Assembly (NCBI RefSeq): GCF_001194135.2
Contig: NC_068999.1
Span: 50,071,410 to 50,109,368, forward strand
Reading direction: 5' to 3'
Source: Octopus bimaculoides
Taxonomy: Eukaryota
Length of the DNA stretch: 37,959 nucleotides
Part shown: positions 23,877 through 32,804 of the stretch, one piece after another
Numbering within the stretch: the first letter of the stretch is position 1
How the letters are laid out: the number at the start of each line of letters is the position of its first letter
Notes under the pieces: model-generated
What the model was told of the DNA's origin: nothing
Database searches by the model: none
Seen by the model: the letters and a program-made list of their open reading frames with translations, nothing else
Position numbers and translations under genes: made by a program

Positions 23877-25556
23877 ATATATATATATACATGCACACAC
23901 ATAGAGAGAGAGAAAGAGATTGGGAGTTTTTGTCAGGGTGACTTTACCTGATAGGTATGCTCTCTCAGTGATCAAATTGTGGTGCCACTAAAATTCCAGT
24001 ATGAACTGCAGTTTATGTGATTTTGTTACTGCATTTCTAAAGCAGTTAGAAGTGATTTTCTCATATATATTCTGGAGGATTCTTATGTGAATATCGTCCC
24101 CAAAATATAGATGAAAATAAAAATATTTCTGTTAGTGTACCACCAATGAGAAATGCTATTAATAGTTTGATAGTGGAAGTATGTCTGGTTGCCCACATTA
24201 CATTAATTAGTAAAATGTAAAACAAAAAAAAAGTAAGCTGAATTGTGATAGTTCATGTGTGTGCATGAGAGAGAAAGAGAGACATAAAGTACAAGGAAAA
24301 ACAGATTGACACAAAGAAAATGCACAGGGGACACACAGGTGCACAGTTGTTGGCTAAAGTCTAGTAGTTTCATTGTGCCAGTGGATTTAAGGGAAAACCT
24401 GTTAGGAAAAGGTTTAACAAAAACAGGACAATGAGGTTTAGGACACTGTGCTTACAGTATAACAGCTTGCACTTCTTATAGATGTAGTCATTCTTTTGGA
24501 AAATGATCAAAATCCAATGATGATGTCCATTTCCTTATGGACTTCGTAGCAGCTGAGATGTGAGACCATTTGTCCTGGGACTAGGAAGGGTGCTAATGGC
24601 AACAGAACACATGGCACAATAAAACCCTCATTGCACAAAGCACCAGGACTGGTTTGATGATTATTAGACCCCTTTTACAGCTTGCTTAAGGACCTGCACC
24701 AAGTACTCTGAGTAACTTGGGTGCACCTTGGTCTGATGACTAACACCCAGCCTCATTGGCATTTTCTTGGAGGGTATGTGAAGTCTTGTACTTTGAAGAC
24801 TAAAAACTGCAAGCACAATTTTTATGCTGTCGGCACAGTTTAACACTTGCGATGGATCAGAATATATTGTCCTGCTGCAGTGGGTGTTAACTTTCAAACA
24901 CCCTCTTCAATTAGGACTCTGGTTCAGACTTCATCATTATTGACATACTTTTCAAAATTTCCTTTCCCCCGCTACTTACATCTCAAGACACTCTACCAGC
25001 TGTCCATTCTGCACACCTGTGTGCATATACACATGCACGTGCATGCACACACACATGCACGCACAGTCTCTTTCTCTCTCTCTCTCTCTCTCTTTCCCTC
25101 TCCAGCAACTGTTGTCTTCTAGCCCATACCAATCCGAAAAATATTTCAAAAGATAGTAATAACTTTTGGTTTCCCAAAATGAGTTATTTCAGATATTTCT
25201 TCCAGAAATTTCAAAATCCTGTCCACACTCAGGTGTCTGTGGCTGCCATGGTAACTATCTTGCCTACCTGGGTCCATTTGGAGTAATCTGCATATGCTCA
25301 CAGCATGGCACTAGTAATTGGATGAGAATTACTGATGCTTGGTGTTGACTGTTGGCATTTTATTTCATTTTACTGCAGCTTTTCTAAGTCATTAAATTCT
25401 AAAGAATCCACAAGTGAAGAGGAGGGGACTCACATTGAACAAAAAAAATGCCATTTGCATAAGACTTGCTGGGAAACCTATGACAAATTTCCTTAGTGAG
25501 AACTTCTGACTTTCAGCTCTGAGTAAACCTTTGTTAAATATAGAGGGTGGTTTTAA

Positions 25557-25761
25557 CCCTTTAGCACTCAAACCAACCATATGCCAAAATATTTAACCTG
25601 TTTCATGTTGAAACTGGCCAGATCCAGCCTCTCACCTCAACCCTACAATGTCGTTCTAAAACTAAACCATCACATCATTGAAATATCTAAGCTACAAGAT
25701 AATGCATGATTAATTCAAAACAATATAAACAAGCATATTTGACAATCTGAATATTAAAGGG
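25557..25761 (+). mobile_element. piggyBac-like MITE, full copy in intron 4
   Basis: TTAA|CCCTTTAGCA...TTAAAGGG|TTAA. Confidence 0.88.
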
Positions 25762-26235
25762 TTAAAACACTTCATAAAAGTGAGTGGGGCTTTACAATTT
25801 GAGCTGGGGGTTTTGTTCTAATGGAGAAAACTCTCCTTGGGTAGAAAATATTTTTGATTTTTCNNNNNNNNNNTCCCCCCCCCCCTACCTTTACATTTCA
25901 CTGTTCGTCAGTTTTAATATATTTATTTACAGAATATTTAATATAGCTTAATACTAAAACTTTGACTAGCTGTGTCCAGTTTCTAACAAAACTGTGCCTT
26001 TCCCCCCACAAAGAATCACAATGTTGCTCCTGTATATTTCTCCCATGTTTAATTTCTTACCACCTCCACCAATACTGATGATAGTCTTAACTTTAGATGT
26101 AGTGTGGAATGTTGCTGTTGCTAGAGAAGTTAGTGAGAGGCTGATGTCATCTGCTTCCGTCCAGCCTCAGCTGTAGTCTTTGTATTCTTAGTTTCTTGCA
26201 ATGCTGCCCTACTTCCCACCCATCCCCACTCCACT

Positions 26236-26259
26236 TACTAATTGTTCTTCGCTTCTAAT
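26236..26259 (+). promoter_or_regulatory. Bipartite Quaking response element / branch-point region upstream of exon 5a
   Basis: TACTAAT (26236-26242), a 13-nt spacer and TAAT (26256-26259) fit NACUAAY-N1-20-UAAY. The site is 31-54 nt upstream of the 5a acceptor. Confidence 0.55.
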
Positions 26260-26289
26260 CACCCCTGCACCCCATTTGTTTTCTTTCAG

Positions 26290-26386
26290 CCTGAGGGGGA
26301 GGATGAACTCAAGAAAATGCAATTAATGGAGCTTGCCATCTTAAATGGAACTTACCGGGATTTCAAAACTGGTTCATCCATCCATC
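26290..26386 (+). CDS. qki: qki exon 5a (phase 0 to 1), QUA2 variant A: [32 protein letters not shown] (absent from the ORF track)
   Basis: Acceptor ttctttcag|CCT, donor ATC|gtaagtttg, 97 nt, open frame, QUA2 motif intact. Confidence 0.92.
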
Positions 26387-26403
26387 GTAAGTTTGCTAAA
26401 TAG

Positions 26404-26409
26404 TGCATG
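26404..26409 (+). promoter_or_regulatory. RBFOX element UGCAUG in the 85-nt intron between exons 5a and 5b
   Basis: Exact TGCATG starting at intron position +18 after the 5a donor. Confidence 0.5.
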
Positions 26410-26471
26410 CTGTGTACATACTCTATTAAGTCATGTTGTTTACAACTATGTTCCTTGTGATCCTTTTTCAG

Positions 26472-26586
26472 CCCGAAGGAGAGGATGACTTAAAGAAACG
26501 ACAACTCATGGAGCTAGCTATCATTAACGGCACATATCGTGACACTTCTAAACCATCCGCCTCTGCAGCACAACCTTCCTCCACCC
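26472..26586 (+). CDS. qki: qki exon 5b (phase 0 to 1), QUA2 variant B: [38 protein letters not shown]
   Basis: Acceptor ctttttcag|CCC, donor CCC|gtaagtttg, 115 nt, QUA2 motif intact. Confidence 0.94.
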
Positions 26587-27821
26587 GTAAGTTTGGGAAG
26601 TGCCGTGCAGTTTTAGCTGTGTGTCATGGTTTTTCTGACAGCTTAGGATTCACTCTAGCTGCACCTGCCCTCTTATCTTAGCCTGCAACTTTTTTTTTTT
26701 CCTCTCTCTCTCTTCCTACCCCTTCTTCAACTCCCCCCTCTCCCACTCTGTTTTTTTTCACTCTCCTTGGGCTCCTACTTGCCAGTCTTATTGCCTCGAA
26801 ACATTGTCATTATTCCTGGCCTCCCCCCACTGCTCTATTTCCATTTCTAGGTTGATTTTTTGCTCTTTGAATTTGATTTGTTTTGTTTTTGATTTGACTT
26901 TTTTTTTACCTGAATTTACCTGTAGATGTTCTCAGTGGAACAGATGCGATGACAATCTTCTATGAATTGCTTAGAACAATTTGATCTTTTTGAATTTGGG
27001 GAATGGTGGGCAGTTGAAATTGCTTAGTATATATAAGCTTAAACCTAAATCTGTGATAATTTAATCTGCATGGGAGCCCTGTTATCGCATGTGTTATGTT
27101 TTGGAGTTGCCTTATCCAACAACCAATAGCCTTCTCTGGCTGGCTTTATAGTTCTGATAGACTATTAAAATCTGTCTTGTGCATTTAGTTGCAGTTTTTT
27201 TTTTTGTTTTTTTTTTAAATACTGTGTTTCTAATCCAACCACAGGTTTGCTTGCATGCTAAAAACATGATTGTTCTTTCCTTTTTTTTTCCTTTAATTAA
27301 ACCTAATTAATCGGGTAACATTCAGTAATCAATCACTTCAGGTGTAGTATTGAGGGTTTTAAATTGTTTTGAAACCAATTCCAGGTTAAAATGATAGTTC
27401 TTATAAGGGTCTTTTTTTTTTTTTTTTCACCCCTCCCCTAAGGGTTCTAATTTGATGTTAGATTTTTCTCATAAAATAAAATTGTCTGGTTTTCTTCGTC
27501 ATTTTATAATGAAACATTTAATTAGGGTCTCTTTAAGCTTAATATTGCAAAAATTTGCCTTGGATAGTTTTTGTTATAAATATGTACTGACAGTAATGGT
27601 CAAGGAATCTGCCATAAATAGTGACGGAATTTTAAAAAATTACTGTATAAAACATTTTTATAAAGTTATTTTTAAGACATAAGCAAAAAAACTTGGAAGT
27701 TTTCATTAGTAAAGCTAAGAGTGAATTATTTTAAATTTAGATGAGTGAAAACTGATGGTTAGAGTAATCGCAAAATTGCCATTTTGTAATAGATGAACTT
27801 TGTTGTTTTCCTCATAAACAA

Positions 27822-28197
27822 GGCGCAGGAGTGGCTGTGTGGTAAGTAGCTTGCTTACCAACCACATGGTTTTGGGTTCAGTCCCACTGCATGGCACCTT
27901 GGGCAAGTGTCTTCTGCTCTAGCCTCGGGCCAACCAAAGCCTTGTGAGTAGATTTGGTAGACAGAAACTGAAAGAAGCCCGTTGTATATGTGTGTGTGTG
28001 TGTTTGTCCCCCCAACTTCGCTTGACAATCGATGCTGGTGTGTTTTACATCCCCGTAACCTAGCAGTTCGGCAAAAGAGACCGATAGAATAAGTACCAGG
28101 CTTCCAAAGAATAAGTCCTGGGGTCAATTTGCTCGACTAAAGGTGGTGCTCCAGCATGGCCGCAGTCAAATGACTGAAACGAGTAAAAGAGTGAGTA
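27822..28197 (+). mobile_element. CORE-type SINE, tail type A, full length
   Basis: Same head, CORE and tail as the 15523 copy. Confidence 0.92.
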
Positions 28198-28394
28198 GTG
28201 GAAATGTAAAAATAAATGCATTACATCAGTATTGAAATCCATTTGATTTGTACAGCTGAGTTGAATAGTTCAGTTGTTGGATCACTTGATTTCATGTGTT
28301 GCTGTGAAGAGGATTTTAGGATTAACCCAATGAGAGCATCTGCCAGTAAGATGCTGATGTAGATAGGTACAGGTATGATTGTGTAGTCAAGCAG

Positions 28395-28735
28395 TTTGCT
28401 TCTTAATGACATGGCTTGGGTTCAGAACCATTGTGCAGTACTTGGGCAAGTGCCTTCTATTATTGCCCTAGGATGATTAGATCTTTGTAGATTTTGATAA
28501 ATGGAAACTAAGAGAAGACTTGTGTGAGTGGAGTTCTTGGCAACAAGCAATGGTTATGAATGTCACTGTCATGTAAGCAGTGTCCTTAGTTTCTAATCTG
28601 ACATGGACATGTATCAGGTCATTGGAAAATATTACATTGCTTGGAAACGAGCAAGGACAACCGGCTGAGAAAATCTGCCTCAATGAATTTTGTCTGACTC
28701 ATGCAAGCATGGAAAAGTGGACATTAAAATGATTA
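28395..28735 (+). mobile_element. CORE-type SINE, tail type B, diverged
   Basis: CTTGGGCAAGTGCCTTCT...TTGCTTGGAAAC...GAAAATCTGCC...CATGCAAGCATGGAAAAGTGGACATTAAA. Confidence 0.75.
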
Positions 28736-28819
28736 TATATAATGGCAGTTACTTGCTGCTAGGTCTAAGCACAAATAAATTGGTGCTTAACAAGTTTAAT
28801 GATTAATATTTAATTCTTA

Positions 28820-29035
28820 AGGTGGTGAGCTGGCAGAATTGTTACTGTGCCAGGTGAAATGCTTAGCAACATTTTGCCCTTCTTCATGTTCTGAGTTCAA
28901 ATTTTGCCTAGGTTAACTTTGCCTTTCATTTTTTCAGGGTTGATAAAATAAGTACCAGTTGAGTACTGGGGTCAATGTAATAAACTTACCCCCTGCCCTG
29001 AAACTGCTGGTTTTGTGCCAAAATTTGAGAGCAAT
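28820..29035 (+). mobile_element. Second SINE family (GGTGGTGAGCTGGCAGAA head)
   Basis: tRNA-like head, CTGAGTTCAAAT, TTTGCCTTTCAT...GATAAAATAAGTACCAG. Colinear with the 34950 copy. Confidence 0.85.
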
Positions 29036-29882
29036 ATTGAATTCTTGAAATTCATTAGTAATTTTTTGGCTTTTCCTCTCCATTGTTTATATGTTGAATC
29101 TACAAATATGCTTCCTTATAGAAATATTTTGTTTGTGGAGGGGCCGATTAATTGTTCAGTGTGTGTGTGTGTGTGCGCGCGCACTTGCGCGTGTGCTATA
29201 TGGAAAATAATAAACAGATTCTAGATCACTTCATTCTTTGACATTCTCTCCTGTTTCTTCTGTTGTATGTCTCTTGCCATATAATGGCCTTGCAAATAGG
29301 CAGCAGGACTGGCTAAATTTTATTTCTAATAAACTTGCTTTCCAATCTCTTGTCACACTTATTCCCTACTTATTCCTATGTTGTTTTCCCCTAAGCATTT
29401 CCTTTTTAGGATTTTTAACATTTACATGAACTTCTCTTAGTCTCTACTATTCTTCTCCTCCTTCTTTCTCCTTTCACAATTTCCTGTTTTGGTGAATTCC
29501 AAGGTCTCTCTACTCTATTAAGCTGTTGACTATAGACTTTTCATTCCATGAAATGGTTTTGTTTCTTCAAGAAAGTTTTCCAAATGAAACTTTAAAACAG
29601 CAAGCAGCTGAAATTACTTCCATTTGAAATGAAATGATTTAAAAGGAACAAAAAAAAAAAAAAAATTGATTATAATTTTCTATTGTTTTTCTGAAGATTA
29701 ATTGTAACATTCAGTAATTTTAATAATCAATGACATTAATATCAAGAACAGCATATATTTAGTTTTGACAGCTGAGATATATGATGTATTTTTATGCAAG
29801 TTATAATATAATGTGCTACATGTTAAATGAAAACTTTTGCTAGCTCCTAATGTCGTTAGACGTTGACTGAAAAGTTTAAAAG

Positions 29883-30061
29883 CAGTGGGTTTCAACCTGG
29901 GTCCATTTAAGATTTTGCTGTTAAAATATTTTGTGTTTTGTAGAAGCATAACCAATTTATTGCACAAATATTTTAACAATTTTTTATACATTTACTAATA
30001 TTTAATTTTTAAAAAATGGGTCCATAGGCAAAAAAAAGATTAAAATGGTTGAGAACCACTG
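29883..30061. mobile_element. hAT-type MITE (179 bp)
   Basis: TIRs CAGTGGGTTTCAACC / GGTTGAGAACCACTG (2 mismatches). TSD GTTTAAA(A)G / GTTTAAAG. Confidence 0.85.
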
Positions 30062-30311
30062 GTTTAAAGCAACCTCAAGCCCAAATGGACAGTGCGGAAA
30101 GTTTATTTTGTTTTGACCCTATAAACGAAGACTAGAAGTGACTGCAGTTGAGGTTTTTACACAAAGATCTTACATTTTAAGATGAAGACATAGCGACTGT
30201 GTTACATATAGTAAGGGTCTTCACAGATGGAAACTTTTCCTGAAGAGGAAATTATTCCACCCACAAAGGTGCCAGCTATTGTATCTCTCATTCAGTTACT
30301 GACTGATGATA

Positions 30312-30377
30312 GTTAAGACTAAGGTCAATGGACGTTAAGACTAAGGTCAATGGACGTTAAGACTAAGGTCAATGGAC
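30312..30377. repeat. Perfect 22-bp x3 tandem repeat (GTTAAGACTAAGGTCAATGGAC)
   Basis: Three identical units at 30312, 30334 and 30356. Confidence 0.97.
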
Positions 30378-31046
30378 GGGAATGTTATATTTAAATTGCT
30401 CTATTTTATGAATTAGCATGCTTTCTTTGTTTTGTTTGTCTTTGAAAAAATAGGATGGGAGTTAGTGGGATTTTATTTTGTTTGTTTTTTTTTTTTAAGC
30501 CTTACACTTAAATTATTGGGTAGTTTTTTTTTTTTTTTGCACTTCAGTTTTAGCATGTAGTTTCTAAGTTGTTTTAACTGTGCTTTTATTTTATTTATTT
30601 ATTTGATTTATAGCTGGGATAAAGGAGCTGCGTGACTCAGTTTATTTTAAACCAAATTATTGAAAAGAAAAAAAAGGGCTTTAATTTTTGGTTGCGTTTT
30701 TAGTTTTTGGGTGTAGGGGTCATTTATTATCAAAAGATGCCTGTAGACATTGCTCTTTGTGGCATTTACCAAACATACTTTTTTATTTTTTTATTTACCA
30801 TTATTTTGAATTTATGAATTCTGTTTCAAGTTGGTACCTCCCACCCACTAGGAAGGAAAGACAAAATGACTTTAGCAGGGAGGGAAGTGCAACATGGGCT
30901 AGCTAGATTTTTTTTTTTTTTTCTTTTAGGCTCTTTAAGTAGTATATGTCTGTTGTTATGACTTCTTTTGCGGGGGGTGGGATAATCCAGAAAGACATGA
31001 TCTGAAAGTAGTTTTATGACTTTGAATCCACTCTATCAACAATCAG

Positions 31047-31166
31047 ATATGTCTGCCGATGGAAGTGGCCTCAGCGGTTTGAATATCCCGACGAGTGCGG
31101 GCTGCCCCCTGGTTGTTGGCAACCAGCTCTCCTCCTTTGATCAGGTGATAGCTTCCAAATTTTCGG
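31047..31166 (+). CDS. qki: Putative symmetric cassette exon (phase 1 to 1, 120 nt): (H)MSADGSGLSGLNIPTSAGCPLVVGNQLSSFDQVIASKFS(E)
   Basis: GC- and CpG-richer island in an AT-rich intron, acceptor aatcag|AT, donor TCGG|gtaaga. Length divisible by 3, no stop, phases fit between exons 5 and 6. No recognised homology. Confidence 0.6.
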
Positions 31167-32332
31167 GTAAGAACCCTTTTCTTTTCTCTCGTCTTTAATA
31201 TTAGCATGACCCTCAAGGCCATTCTTTAAAACAATCTTTTCCTTTCCTCTGACCTTAGGGATCTAGTTATTTTGTCCTCCCTATAGACAGTAATGAGGAA
31301 TTTGTATAATTGGGTGCTAAGGTAATGGTTTAGTTGTATATATGTACAGTATTTGTATTTGCTATATCTCCGCTTTTAAATTTAATATAAAAGAATTTTC
31401 ATCTTGTATGTCTGAAGCAGTTGTTGGTTATTTGATTTTCAAGGACACAGAAATAAACACAATTGATACATCATTTGTTTGTTATTTAACCCCACCCCAC
31501 AAAAATCTAAAATTTCTGACCTTTTCTTGGTACTGTAATATATTTGGTGCTTCGAGATCCTTACCTTTGATGCAGACCTAAAACCAAATTGAAGAAGTCG
31601 ACTGATACTTATTAAAAAGATAGTTTTTACACATACAGATTGGAAAAACAAAAAAAATGGTTTACTCATATAGATTCAACTTAAACTATTTGAAAGCTAA
31701 AACATAACTTACTTATACAAATGTATTTTCTGTGTGTGTGTGTGTGTGTGTGCGTGTGTGTGTTAACATTTTACTAAATCATGGCCCTTGAATGCTCCAA
31801 ACTAGGGATTTTTATTAACACCTAGTTTTTCCATTAAAAAATTTTTTTAAATTCATCCAGTGCTCCTTTCTCCCAGCAATGGCTGTTGGTTTAATTTTCT
31901 TTATTCTGCATTTTAATGTTTTAAATTTGTAGCTTTTAAAAAAAAAAAAAAAAATTTTTTTATAAAAAAAATGTTAGTATTTTAATAAAAAAAAAAATCT
32001 AAAATCTGAATATTTTTGTCATAAATAACTCTTAATNNNNNNNNNNATAAAAAAAATGTTAGTATTTTAATAAAAAAAAAAATCTAAAATCTGAATATTT
32101 TTGTCATAAATAACTCTTAATTGATAAACTTTGTCTTAATTTGTAATATCAATTGTAATTGTCCATTTAAAACTATAATTATTAAAGAATTTAATTAGTC
32201 TTAAATTTGTATTTTTTTCATTTCATATGTTGCATTGTTTTCATTTTTTTTTTTTTGTTCTTTCTGATAACTTTTTCTTTTCATTGAATTTCCTAAGAAA
32301 CTTGGAATATAACTTAAATACTTTTCTTTCAG

Positions 32333-32584
32333 AAGCTCCTCGAATGTGTGCTCCTCCGTTGACCATTCCACAGCTTCGTGCCGCTAACCCCAGCGGTGGT
32401 CAAATCATCCTAACACCTCGCCTACCTTCAGTTGCTACAAGCACAGGCATACTAAATGGTGCACCGCCACCCCTCGTTTCTCCGCCAGATCCTAACCTGA
32501 TGTACAACCCTTATGAATACCCATATGCACTGGCAGCACACACTGCAATTTTGGAATATCCAACCATAGATCAAACTCAAACTG
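32333..32584 (+). CDS. qki: qki exon 6 (phase 1 to 1): APRMCAPPLTIPQLRAANPSGGQIILTPRLPSVATSTGILNGAPPPLVSPPDPNLMYNPYEYPYALAAHTAILEYPTIDQTQT(G)
   Basis: Acceptor ttttctttcag|AA, donor CTG|gtatgc, 252 nt. The YxPYEYPY and ILEYP motifs are typical of the QKI C-terminal region. Confidence 0.93.
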
Positions 32585-32604
32585 GTATGCCTTTTGTCAG
32601 ATAG
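32585..32604 (+). CDS. qki: Putative short-isoform C-terminus by read-through of the exon 6 donor: (G)MPFVR*
   Basis: The frame continues G|GT ATG CCT TTT GTC AGA TAG and resembles short QKI/How tails. No transcript evidence. Confidence 0.5.
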
Positions 32605-32718
32605 TTGCAGATTGTATATTTATTGGTTCTTTATTTTTATTTTAAATCTTTGGGGGACTCCCCCTAGTTTGTGACTATTTGCTATTGCTTTATTTAATTT
32701 ATATATGTGTGTGAAAAA

Positions 32719-32774
<56 letters not shown>

Positions 32775-32804
32775 TACATACACAACACTGCATTAGCAGG
32801 TAAA

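Noticed and set aside
30312-30377. Repeated 22-mer as a CRISPR array
   Set aside because: No spacers, no cas genes, eukaryotic intron.
30632-30640. TGACTCA (AP-1) site near GATAAA in intron 5
   Set aside because: A single 7-mer in 38 kb is expected by chance and there is no other support.
31966-32120. ~70-bp direct repeat on both sides of the 10-N gap at 32037-32046
   Set aside because: Typical unmerged contig overlap. Treated as an assembly artefact.
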